Below the pieces are notes generated by a model. It was given only the letters and a program-made list of their open reading frames with translations, was not told where the DNA came from and ran no database searches. The position numbers were made by a program, and so were the translations under genes. Of a stretch of DNA of 64,000 bases, positions 26,203-37,512 are shown piece after piece (within the stretch, counting starts at the first letter, position 1; each line of letters begins with the position of its first letter). Origin of the DNA: Octopus bimaculoides (taxonomy: Eukaryota); NCBI RefSeq assembly GCF_001194135.2, contig NC_069004.1, positions 31,474,775 through 31,538,774 on the forward strand. Direction: 5' to 3'.

Positions 26203-28307
26203 ATATATATGTATATATGCTATAACGGAAGATACTTGCCTCAAGGTGCTGCACAATGGAGCTGAACTCAGAACTACAAAATCGGAGAGTGAACTTCTTA
26301 AAGACATAACAATGCCCGTTCTTAATTACTCTCTAACGATCAATTACAGACTTCTGTGTCCAAGCCTAAAACCAATCACCGAGACTTGTTAGTTTGGTTG
26401 TGTTACTTAAAGAACAACATTCTATTCTATTCTGTTCGTCTCCACAATATCACGTTTGTTCTCTGTGTCTGTGTCTCTCTTCAGGTCGGTACCTCCAATG
26501 TGATGGTCAGTGCATATGAAAAGGCACTCAGTGAATTCGAAGAAGATGAAAACATCATGGAAGAATTGGTCTCCATCCGATATGAAAAAGTCTGCAGAGT
26601 TGTGTGAGTCTAAGAATGTTATTTTCCACTTCTGTTTTTTTTTTTACCATTGTGTGTGTGTGTGAGGGGGTTGTACATGTATGTTATCTTAATCCTTTAA
26701 TTGTTTCTGTCATTGGACTGTGGCCATGCTGGGGCACCACCTTGAAAGGTTTTAGTCAAATGATTCAACCCTAATACTTTGATATATATATATATCATCA
26801 TCATCATCATCGTTTAACATCCGCTTTCCNNNNNNNNNNNNNNNNNNNNNNNNNNNNNNNNNNNNNNNNNNNNNNNNNNNNNNNNNNNNNNNNNNNNNNN
26901 NNNNNNNNNNNNNNNNNNNNNNNNNNNNNNNNNNNNNNNNNNNNNNNNNNNNNNNNNNNNNNNNNNNNNNNNNNNNNNNNNNNNNNNNNNNNNNNNNNNN
27001 NNNNNNNNNNNNNNNNNNNNNNNNNNNNNNNNNNNNNNNNNNNNNNNNNNNNNNNNNNNNNNNNNNNNNNNNNNNNNNNNNNNNNNNNNNNNNNNNNNNN
27101 NNNNNNNNNNNNNNNNNNNNNNNNNNNNNNNNNNNNNNNNNNNNNNNNNNNNNNNNNNNNNNNNNNNNNNNNNNNNNNNNNNNNNNNNNNNNNNNNNNNN
27201 NNNNNNNNNNNNNNNNNNNNNNNNNNNNNNNNNNNNNNNNNNNNNNNNNNNNNNNNNNNNNNNNNNNNNNNNNNNNNNNNNNNNNNNNNNNNNNNNNNNN
27301 NNNNNNNNNNNNNNNNNNNNNNNNNNNNNNNNNNNNNNNNNNNNNNNNNNNNNNNNNNNNNNNNNNNNNNNNNNNNNNNNNNNNNNNNNNNNNNNNNNNN
27401 NNNNNNNNNNNNNNNNNNNNNNNNNNNNNNNNNNNNNNNNNNNNNNNNNNNNNNNNNNNNNNNNNNNNNNNNNNNNNNNNNNNNNNNNNNNNNNNNNNNN
27501 NNNNNNNNNNNNNNNNNNNNNNNNNNNNCTCTCTCTCTCTCTCTCTACACACGCACGCGCATCACTGTGTGGTAAGGAAGTTTGCTTCCCAACTGTATGG
27601 TTCCAAGGTCTGTTCCACTGCAATGCACCTTCTACTCTCACTAACCAAACAAAGCCTTCTGAGTGGAATTGGCAGATGGGAAATCATTCTTTCTTTCTTT
27701 TTAATTATGTTGGTGCCAATAATTTTGAACCAATGCTTGAAGTTTTTATTGGCCGAGATTACCAAATTATTTAATCATTGTCTGATGTCCTCCTCCTCCT
27801 CCTCATCATCATCGTTTAACGTCCGTTTTCTATGCTGGCATGGGTTGGATGGCTTCACTGACGTCTGGAGAGCCAGTGGACTGCACCAGCCTCCAATCTG
27901 ATCCGGCAATGTTTCTACAGCTGGATGCCCTTCCTAATGCCAACCACTCTGAGAGTGTAGTCCTCCTTTGGCAAAATTTATGCTTTAGTTGTTCACATTA
28001 TTGTGACATAAGAGCATTTTCGTAGACATTTAATTTTAGCGAGAAATTCAATAAAAACTCGTTTTTGACAAGGTGGAAGGGTGCAATAATTGTGTGTATG
28101 ACTCTTGGTCATTGTTTAACGTCCATTTTCCATCCTAGCATGGGCTGGATGGTTTGACAGGAGTTGCACCCAGCTTGGTATTTCCTGGGGCTAAATAGCA
28201 GTAGCATTCTTCCCTTTCCTGGGACTGCCACATTAAGTTGGCAACATACCATCACTTTATCGTGCTACTACTGTATAAGTCTCTCTCAGAGATTTAGAAA
28301 TGCAATA

Positions 28308-28350
<43 letters not shown>

Positions 28351-28877
28351 CATGTATGAGCAATTTCATTGTAGAAGAACCATTTTAGGCATCTAAAAAA
28401 CACAAACCTGTTAAAGTTTCAGGAACAAATGTTGTCTCCTCAGGAAATATATGAAGTGTGTCTGTGTCATTTTTCTTTGTTTTGCTTTTTAAGTGGCTAA
28501 AATAGCTCTTCTATGATGTAATTGTTCCAGTTTTATATACATCTGGCCTATAAGGTGTTGCACTCACAACCACAAGAAAGTGATTTCAATTCCTGTACCT
28601 GGTGGTGCATTGTGCAAAAGACTTCATCTCGTGTTACTCTGCAATCCCTTCAACACTTAATACGTGTGGTACACCAAGCAGCTGTTCAGGCAACGTTGAT
28701 GTGATGGAAGGGATGAGTTAATTGTACAACACAAACATTTGATCACTGTAAACAAATCATCTGTACAGGTTGTTCAGCAAGGATTTGGAGAATCCTCATC
28801 ATCTGCAGAATCCTTTCCATTCAAGCATGGAGAACCCTCATCATTTACAATAGGAATGTCCACCATATATATAGTAG

Positions 28878-28913
<36 letters not shown>

Positions 28914-31900
28914 TTAGTGTCCATTTTCCATGCTGGCATGGATCAGATGGTTTGACTGGAACTGGTAAACCAGAGAGCTGTATCAGGTTCCAGTCCAATT
29001 CCTAACACCAATCACTCCAAGAGTGTAATAGGTGCCTTTTACACGTAACCGGCATGGGTACCTCTTGGCTTGATGGGTCTTCTCAAGCACAGCAAACTGC
29101 CAAAGGTCTCAGTCACTTGTCATTGCCTCTGAGAGACTCAGCATTCGAAGATCATGCTATGCCACCTTGTTCCGTGTGTTCCTGGGTCTCTTCCGTGGGT
29201 TCCCTCCACACACACACATATATGTACGTATGTGTATCAATCAATCCATCTCTATCTAGATAGATATATAAATCCTGTTTGAAGTATCATGTACTCTTTT
29301 TCCTTTTTTAAGCTGAAGTCTTTGCATTCATTCTTTGTTTGCATGTGTATATATATGTTTTTATTATTCTAGAAATTGAAACTGAATGATTTTGTGTCTC
29401 CGAGCCAGCTTCCTGATCTAAGGAAAGCCATTTCTTATGGCAAGAAAGCCATTGCGTTGCGGAAAAAGCTCAGTGGTCGCTACCATAAGGTAAGCATATT
29501 TCATTCACACATCTCTTTCAATTATGTTAGCCTGGTCTAAAAAGGATCTTATAGACTCTTAGACTGGTCTTGTCTGGATAATTAGTAAGTTAGTACTCTC
29601 TGTGCTATGAGGCACATAAGGCCACAGCACAATCTCTCCAATCAGTTCTGTTTTCTTCTGCCATTCCAGTCTGATTCCAGCTTCTCCACCCTTCTTGTGC
29701 CCCTTTCTTTGTCAATGGTCCTTCGCCATGTGGTTTTAGTGACCCCTGCTGCTCTTTCCCCTTCATGTTACCACTTTAGTTCCACTATGCAATCACTTTC
29801 TTAATCTTGTACGAAGACGTATCCGATACAGGCCCAACATCTGCGTCTTATTTTCTCACTGATTCTGTTGATGGCTTGTTGTCGTCTCAATCTGCAGCCA
29901 ATTAATGTCAAGTATTCTCCTTAAGCTGTCTGATTAATTAATTAATTGACCCAAATGATTGTATTATAATTATTTTTAGCCTTTGCTTTCATCCTTCTGA
30001 GAATCAATAAAATAAATACCAGTCCAGCACTGGGGTTGACATAACCAACTTACCCCTTTACTGGCCTTGTGCCAAAATTTGAAATCGTTATTATTAACAC
30101 GACTTTGCCTTTCATCCTTTCAGGGTCCATGAAATAAGTACCAGTTGAACACTGGGGTCAATGTAATCAACTATCCCCCTCCCCCAAAATTTCAGGCCTT
30201 GTGTCTATAGCAGAAAGGATTATTATTATTATTATGGCAAGCTAGCAGCATTGTTATCACACCAGCAAAGTGCTTCATGGCATTTCATGCATCATTCTGT
30301 TCATGTGGTTACCATGATGGACAAGTACTCTTAGCTACATTTCTTCCATCTTTGCATTTCTGAGACCGTATGCTACCCATTACCATTTCAAGGCAGTAAG
30401 CTGGCAGAACCATTAGCAGCATTTCATCCATCTCGTTTACTCTTTTACTTGTTTCAGTCATTTGACTGTGGCCATGCTGGAGCACCGCCTTTAGTCGAAT
30501 CAAATCAACCCCAGAACTTATTCTTTGTAAGCTTAGTACTTATTCTATTGGTCTCTTTTGCCGAACCGCTAAGTTACAGGGACCTAAACACACCAGCATC
30601 GGTTGTCAAGCAATGTTGGGGGACAAATACAGACACACACACACACACACATACATGCGACGGGCTTCTTTCAGTTTCCGTCCACCAAATCCACTCAGAA
30701 GGCTTTGGTCAGCCCGAGGCTATAGTAGAAGACACTTGCCCAAGGTGCCACACAGTGGGACTGAACCTGAGACCATGTGGTTGGTAAGCAAGCTACTTAC
30801 CACCAAATCCCACCGAGGTCGACTTTGTCTTTCATCCTTTTCGGGGTCGATATAATAAGTACCAGTTTAACACTGGGGATCGATGTAATCGACTTAACCC
30901 CCTTCCCCCTGAATTGCTGGCCTTGTGCTAAGATTTGAAAAGATTTTTATTGTTGTTGTTTGTTTGTTTCAGTTTAAGCTAGGGATGAGCCTTATGAAGC
31001 TAGCATTCAACATGGAAAGTTGGGAAGCGTGTGGTGGCAGCACCGAAATGCCTGGAAGTGAAGCATTAGCTGAGGGCAACCGTTGTATTGATGTGGCCAT
31101 AAAGATATTCCAAGAGGTTCGTATCTGGCTTTATAGTCATCATCTTAATCACTGTCACTCGTCATCACCATCAGTCATTGCGGTTATTCAAGAGTCATTA
31201 TCACCATCAATCATCACTTCTGTCATAACCACTGGTCAACATCAGTGACATCATAATCACCATCATAAACACCATCGCATTCAAGCCAATGAATCATTAT
31301 AGGGTCACTCAGCATGCTTAGAAATAGCAGCTAAACTTTCATCATAAGTTGGTGTTATCACATTTGACCTGGGGTTATAAACCATATTATCATCATCATC
31401 ATCATCACAATCATGTGGCAACAATGGAGCCTCTGTATAGTTACTTGGTCCACAAGAAATAGTAGCCAAATCTCCCTCAAATTACAGCCTACTACTTTAA
31501 CAAAAAGACTGGATGGTCATGGCTGGAAGGCTTGTGCTAATTTTTCTGATTTGTCACCACTGCTACTACAACTTCCCCTCACCACCATTATAACCATTCC
31601 CAGCTCCGCCATTCACAAACTACTCTCACTATCACCACAACCATCACAGCCACCCTGACTACTATCATCATAATCATTACCAACGTCACAACTACCACCA
31701 CCACCACCACCATTATCGCAACAGCCGCCACCATCGTTACAACTACCACCACCACTGTCGCAGCCACTACTATGACAACCACCACCATGACAACCACCAC
31801 CATCATGGTGACAATTTACAGACAATTAATCAAATTTCCAAAGAATATTTTTTTCCATTTTTAAAATAAATTTTTGTCTTGAATTCTCCTTCCTGAAATA

Positions 31901-32424
31901 AAAATTTAAAAGAAACACAAGACAAACTTTACCAAAAAATGTCTTTGATTTTCTTCCAGCTGAACGACATTGGTCACTATGCCGAAGCTTTGATGACAAA
32001 GGGAGTTCTAGCAACACGAGGTAGCATGGAACAGCTGAAAGTAAGGAATTTTTTCTAGGTTCTTTGATAAATTTGGTGATTCCTGCCGTTTGCAATGTCT
32101 TCAAGCATTCTTCTAAGTTTATCTTTTACTTGTTTCAGTCATTTGACTGTGGCCATGCTGGGGAACTGCCTTGAGTTTTTAGTCAAAGGAGTTGAGCCCC
32201 AAGAGTTATTTTAGTAGTCTTTTGCCAAACTTCTAAGTTGTGGTGGGGTTGTAAACACACCAACAATGGTTGTCAAGCGGTGATGGAGGACAAACACATC
32301 TATATGTATATATATATACGATGGGCTTCTTTCAGTTTCCATCTACCACATCCACTCAAGGCTTTGGTCAGTCTGAAGGCTATAGTAGAAGACACTTGCC
32401 CAAGGTTCCACACAGTGGGACTGT

Positions 32425-32467
<43 letters not shown>

Positions 32468-34196
32468 TAAGGTGTGTGATGTTAGGAACGGCATCCAGCT
32501 GTAGTCTGGTGTAGTCTTCTACCCAGCCGGCTCCTGTAAACCTGTCAAACCATCCAACCCATGCCAGCATGGAAGGTGGACTTTAAATGATTAGCAGTAT
32601 TTTGTCTGCCGCTACGTTCTGAGTTCAAATTCCGCTGAGGTCGACTTTGCCTTTCATCCTTTCAGGATCGATTAAATAAGTACCAGTTCTGCACTGGGGT
32701 CGATGTAATCGACTTAATCCCTTTGTCTGTCCTTGTTTGTCCCCCTCTATGTTTAGCCCCCTGTGGGCAATAAAGAAATAGATATATAATATAAACAAAA
32801 CATCATAAATAGGAAGAATGGAGAATTAAACCTCTTCAAATAGGTTACATGTTGTTATTGTTTTTGTTGAATAAAATTTATTGAAAAAAAGCCACAATAA
32901 TTATACACCAACCCAATATATATATATATACATATATATACACACACACACACACACACATACAGTTTTTGACACCTACAGCTGTGCAGTGTAACTCTCT
33001 TTGAGAGCATAAATATGACTTTCCAGTTGTATATTTATACTCTCTCTCTCTCTCACTCTCTCTCTCACTCTCTCTCTCTCTCTCTCTCTCATATAGGTTT
33101 ATTAGTATCTATGTATATGTACATCTATTGCAGTATATTAATCTCTACTTTTTTTTCTCTCTCTCTCTCATTCCAGTTGTACAACCAAGCGATGGACCTG
33201 TGTATGCAGATGTACGGCGAGTATCACATTCTGACTTCAAGACTTTACATCAATATTGGGATCGTCTACGAAGACAATAAGGAATATCGGAAAGCATACG
33301 AGTACTTCAAGAAGTGGGCGAGGGTCAGCGAAGAGATTCTGGGACCTGACCATCCGAAAACACGCCGAGCAAAGGGTGTCCTCCAGGAGACACGGTACAG
33401 AAGGATCGCACAGGAGCTTGGTGAATGGGACTACGACGGGGACACAGATGGTGGCGAGTCCTATGACGACGACGACGACGAAGATGATGAAATGGAAAAC
33501 CCCGACCTCGAGCACTACTACGACGACGCCATCAGCCGGCAAACAGACAGTCATCGCAACCAGTACAGGCTAGCAGCGGCAGCAGCGGCTGCAGCAGCTG
33601 TGGTGGTGGACAATACGGAAATTGAAGCAATGGAGGACAGTGTCGAAAGAGCAGAGCTGGATAACAGGGCGGACAACACCGTCGGAAGTAATTCCGAAGA
33701 TGATGACGACGATGATGACAGTGACCATGGGAACTTTGAGTATGTCGTCGGACAGGAAAGGCCCGCAACGCGCAGATATTTCAGCAACAACAGCAGTAGC
33801 AGCGTCAGTGGATTGGACAGTAACAATCAGCATCATCATCATATTGACCGCAACAACCGAAGACACTCGTTCGATTATGCGTTTGATCTGGACGATGATG
33901 ACGACTCCGACCGAGAGCACTCGGACAACGAGAATTTCTTTGACGACAACTGCGAGGACTATGATGAGCAGTACACGCTTCTCGTTGACCATATTCCTGC
34001 CATTGAAGAGGTCAGTGTCCGGCTTGACCGGCAAGCTGACCAGTGTGGTGGTGACGTCACCCCATCGGCTGTGGTCAGTGAATTCATCGACGATAACAGA
34101 TATGCTGACGATGACACCGAGCAGGACACTGACTTTAGTGACATTGTTTGTCCGGAGAGTTACATATCTGGTCATTTCCAGGATGGTGTAAGATAA
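16114..34196 (+). CDS. Multi-exon STAND/NACHT-like P-loop NTPase with C-terminal TPR-like repeats (TEP1/NPHP3/DUF4062-NACHT-TPR-like architecture), 5'-partial, at least ~1010 aa
   Basis: Exons read with AG/GT boundaries: 16114-16209, 16803-16958, 17490-17623, 18998-19109, 19813-19923, 21069-21242, 22036-22229, 23056-23225, 23505-23676, 23996-24107, 24594-24722, 26485-26603, [phase break], 29373-29489, 30973-31116, 31960-32040, 33177-34196. Phases are consistent except across 26603/29373. Walker A GGAGSGKS, motif WHVFYHFVGAVPGST, Walker B LIMFVDALNQ, winged-helix-like ENPLWLAVACEEL, and KLC-type TPR ...LYINIGIVY...EILGPDHPKT are all present. Confidence 0.88.
17490..17623 (+). CDS. Exon of the NTPase-TPR gene carrying the Walker A (P-loop)
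   Basis: ccaaccag|ATTGAAG...GAAAAG|gtaagc; IEEYIVQEKRDVPLILVGGAGSGKSSVLCKAAALISKKASEDLK. Absent from the ORF track (short, no ATG). Confidence 0.9.
20515..20900. repeat. Pyrimidine-rich ~21-24-bp degenerate minisatellite
   Basis: Recurring ctcctcctccc(a/g)cc(c)(a/g)gtcgc; source of the spurious Pro/Ser/Arg-rich ORFs at 20385-21029. Confidence 0.85.
21383..21960. repeat. Degenerate ~40-bp minisatellite (about 14 copies) in an NTPase-TPR intron
   Basis: Recurring gacactatgttgaggcagttaaccctac core. Confidence 0.9.
22224..22405 (+). repeat. Three to four diverged ~50-60-bp tandem copies beginning at an exon donor site
   Basis: ctc(a/g)agtaa(g/a)t.gcattac.ttatt.tc with GT at 22230, 22279 and 22340, plus a partial copy at ~22382. 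Confidence 0.85.
24940..25095. mobile_element. Penelope-like 3' remnant repeat (related copy ~8890-9010; another candidate ~37850-38100)
   Basis: Shared sequence gaagagc.ta....gaaac.t.aaagact.ttc..tattcccgagcgtcaaactaataca; family assignment is tentative. Confidence 0.35.
26830..27528. other. Assembly gap (N-run) at the position where an NTPase-TPR exon appears to be missing; other large gaps at 4514-5202, 17907-18604, 25205-26090, 34586-35469, 41287-41782
   Basis: N-runs are directly visible; exon phases do not match across 26603 and 29373. Confidence 0.9.
29590..29930 (-). mobile_element. RTE-type LINE 3' end relic (intron of the NTPase-TPR gene)
   Basis: - strand reads ISEKIRRRCWACIGYVF...KTTWRRTIDKE...GWRSWNQ...NRTDWRDCAVALCAS, the typical RTE C-terminus. 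Confidence 0.7.
33177..34196 (+). CDS. Probable terminal exon of the NTPase-TPR gene: TPR-like repeats followed by an Asp/Glu-rich low-complexity tail
   Basis: ctcattccag|TTGTAC acceptor; 339 aa open frame, GC- and CpG-richer than the flanks; LYNQAMDLCMQMYGEYHILTSRLYINIGIVYEDNKEYRKAYEYFKKWARVSEEILGPDHPKT, then poly-D, poly-A and poly-H runs. Confidence 0.85.
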   Translation: MYNQAMDLCMQMYGEYHILTSRLYINIGIVYEDNKEYRKAYEYFKKWARVSEEILGPDHPKTRRAKGVLQETRYRRIAQELGEWDYDGDTDGGESYDDDDDEDDEMENPDLEHYYDDAISRQTDSHRNQYRLAAAAAAAAAVVVDNTEIEAMEDSVERAELDNRADNTVGSNSEDDDDDDDSDHGNFEYVVGQERPATRRYFSNNSSSSVSGLDSNNQHHHHIDRNNRRHSFDYAFDLDDDDDSDREHSDNENFFDDNCEDYDEQYTLLVDHIPAIEEVSVRLDRQADQCGGDVTPSAVVSEFIDDNRYADDDTEQDTDFSDIVCPESYISGHFQDGVR

Positions 34197-34376
34197 AGAG
34201 AACACATAAGTGTGTATGTGTGTGTATATAGATGTGTGTGTGTGTGTATATGTATATATACACATACTGGAAAAAAGACAAAATAGATATATACACACAC
34301 ACGAAATGTATTTATGTATGTATATATATATATATATATATATATAAACACGTGATACATGTATCAAATGTGGGTG

Positions 34377-34407
<31 letters not shown>

Positions 34408-34507
34408 ACTGGAAAAAAAGGAAATGTTATGTATAAACATATACATAAAGCATGTATTGGTGTATATATAAACATACATGTGCGTATATATTTATATACA
34501 TGTAGAT

Positions 34508-34539
<32 letters not shown>

Positions 34540-35469
34540 GTACAGAAGTATATATGATATAAACACACACACACACACACACACANNNNNNNNNNNNNNN
34601 NNNNNNNNNNNNNNNNNNNNNNNNNNNNNNNNNNNNNNNNNNNNNNNNNNNNNNNNNNNNNNNNNNNNNNNNNNNNNNNNNNNNNNNNNNNNNNNNNNNN
34701 NNNNNNNNNNNNNNNNNNNNNNNNNNNNNNNNNNNNNNNNNNNNNNNNNNNNNNNNNNNNNNNNNNNNNNNNNNNNNNNNNNNNNNNNNNNNNNNNNNNN
34801 NNNNNNNNNNNNNNNNNNNNNNNNNNNNNNNNNNNNNNNNNNNNNNNNNNNNNNNNNNNNNNNNNNNNNNNNNNNNNNNNNNNNNNNNNNNNNNNNNNNN
34901 NNNNNNNNNNNNNNNNNNNNNNNNNNNNNNNNNNNNNNNNNNNNNNNNNNNNNNNNNNNNNNNNNNNNNNNNNNNNNNNNNNNNNNNNNNNNNNNNNNNN
35001 NNNNNNNNNNNNNNNNNNNNNNNNNNNNNNNNNNNNNNNNNNNNNNNNNNNNNNNNNNNNNNNNNNNNNNNNNNNNNNNNNNNNNNNNNNNNNNNNNNNN
35101 NNNNNNNNNNNNNNNNNNNNNNNNNNNNNNNNNNNNNNNNNNNNNNNNNNNNNNNNNNNNNNNNNNNNNNNNNNNNNNNNNNNNNNNNNNNNNNNNNNNN
35201 NNNNNNNNNNNNNNNNNNNNNNNNNNNNNNNNNNNNNNNNNNNNNNNNNNNNNNNNNNNNNNNNNNNNNNNNNNNNNNNNNNNNNNNNNNNNNNNNNNNN
35301 NNNNNNNNNNNNNNNNNNNNNNNNNNNNNNNNNNNNNNNNNNNNNNNNNNNNNNNNNNNNNNNNNNNNNNNNNNNNNNNNNNNNNNNNNNNNNNNNNNNN
35401 NNNNNNNNNNNNNNNNNNNNNNNNNNNNNNNNNNNNNNNNNNNNNNNNNNNNNNNNNNNNNNNNNNNNN

Positions 35470-35510
<41 letters not shown>

Positions 35511-35893
35511 TCTTTTAATTGTTTCAGCCATTTAACTGTGGCCATGGTGGATTACCGCCTTTAGTCAAGCAAATCGACCACAGGACTTAAGCCTAGTACT
35601 TATTCTATCAGTCTCTTTTGCCAAACTGCTAAGTTACGGGTACATAAACACACCAACATTGGTTGTCAAGTGATGCTGGGGGGACAAACACAGACACACA
35701 AACATATACACACGCATATATATATATACATATACACACATATATATATATATACATACATATATATATGATGTCTGCCCCCTCGTTATCGAGTATGGCC
35801 ATTGCACGAAGCTTAACATGTTGTTATCGTGCAGTGCCTGTGCAAGAAGATTTTTTTATAAAGTGAGGAAAGGCTGTGCACTGNNNNNNNNNN

Positions 35894-37110
35894 GTAGACT
35901 GGTGGGTAAAAGTGAGTGTAGATGAGCCAGGTGAAGGGGACATTCTGAAGAGTCCTGTCCAGGGTTCAATCCTGGTCAGAATGGGGGAAGAAGGCAAGTC
36001 TTTTCTTTTTTTCGTTTATACAAAAATATTTTTTTAAATACATTTCTAGATAGAGATTGAAACCTCTACCTTCATACAAGGTTATTAAATTACTAACACC
36101 ATTAGGCTATCAAACTAGCACCTGAAAAACAGATCAAAAATGAGATATTTAAATCTATTTTTATTATTGATTGGACATTATTATAGATTTAAGTATCTCA
36201 TTTTTGACAGCAATTAGTGTGGGGACCCGGTAGACTAGTAAGTAAAGGTGAGTGTAGATGAACTGGGTAACAGGGGACATTCTGAATTGTCCTGTCCAGG
36301 GTTCAAGCCTGGTCAGGATGAGTCTTTTTTCATTTATACAAAATTAAAAAAATATATTTCCTAGATAGAGATTGAAACCTCTACCTTCATACAAGGTTAT
36401 TAGTTAAATTACTAACACCTTTCCCTATTAGGCCATCAAACCAACACCTGAAAGGCAGATTAAAAATGAGATATTTAAATCTATTTTTATTATTGATTTG
36501 ATGCTGTGGTAGATTCAAGTATCTCATTTTTGACAGAAATTAGTGGGTAGACCCAGTAGACTAGTAAGTAAAGGTGAGTGTATATGAACTGGGTAACAGG
36601 GGACATTCAGAACTGTCCTGTCCAGGGTTCAAACCTGGTCAAGATGAGAGAAAAAGGTGAAAGTCTTTTTTTATATTTTTATACAAAAATATATTTCTAG
36701 ATAGAGATTGAAACCTCTACCTTCATACAAGGTTATTGGTTAAATTACTAACACTTTACCTATTAGGCCATCAAACCAACACCTGAAAGGCAGATTAAAA
36801 ATGAGATATTTANNNNNNNNNNNNNNNNNNNNNNNNNNNNNNNNNNNNNNNNNNNNNNNNNNNNNNNNNNNNNNNNNNNNNNNNNNNNNNNNNNNNNNNN
36901 NNNNNNNNNNNNNNNGCAGATTAAAAATGAGATATTTAAATCTATTTTTATTATTGATTTGATGCTGTGGTAGATTTAATTATCTTATTTTCCACAGAAA
37001 TTAACAGGGCACCCAATGTAAGTAAAGACACAGATAAATAAGCAGTGATAGGACATCCTGCATAATCTGGTAGTGGATTCAAGTCAGACCAGAGTGTAAG
37101 ATTTTTCATT
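35894..37110. repeat. Tandem array of ~330-bp units (3 clear copies plus partial or degenerate ones), interrupted by N-gaps
   Basis: Unit starts gtagact.gt..gtaaa.gtgagtgta at 35894, 36230 and 36557; shared ctagatagagattgaaacctctaccttcatacaaggttatt and aaaaatgagatatttaaatctatttttattattga. Confidence 0.9.
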
Positions 37111-37127
37111 TAAATTCCCTAACGCAT

Positions 37128-37512
37128 AGCAGTGGGTGTGTGGTAAGTAGCTTGCTTATGAACTACATGGTTCCGGGTTCAGTCCCACTGCGTGGCACCT
37201 TGGGCAAGTGTCTTCGACTATAGCCGTGGGCCGACCAAAGCCTTGTGAGTGGATTTGGTAAACGGAAACTGAAGGAAGCCCGTCGTATATATGTATATAT
37301 ATGTATGGGCATGTTTGTGTATCTGTGTTTGTCACCCCAACATCCTTGACAACCAATGGTGTGTTTACATCCCCGTAACTTAGCGGTTCGGCAAAAGAGA
37401 CCAATAGAATAAGTACTAGGCTTACATAGAATAAGTCCTGGGGTCAATTTGCTTGACTAAAGGCGGTGCTCCAGCATGGCTGCAGTCAAATGACTGAAAC
37501 AAGTAAAAGAGT
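37128..37512 (+). mobile_element. tRNA-derived SINE family A (representative near-full copy)
   Basis: Head gtgtgtggtaag...ggttcagtcccact (A/B-box-like), central microsatellite, tail ...gactgaaacaagtaaaag. Other copies at ~1-215(-), 708-845(-), 886-1025(+), 9695-9990(+), 11255-11622(-), 19165-19320(+), 30437-30803(-), 32125-32420(-), 40235-40562(+), 59790-59945(-), 62505-62845(-). Confidence 0.8.

Noticed and set aside
28739-29005. ORF VVQQGFGESSSSAESFPF considered as the missing NTPase exon
   Set aside because: It lies within interspersed-repeat sequence and runs into a (CAT)n tail, without suitable splice phases.
35894-37110. CRISPR-like or tRNA-gene-cluster interpretation of the tandem array
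   Set aside because: The units are whole-length repeats without unique spacers, the context is eukaryotic with no cas genes, and no complete cloverleaf can be drawn.
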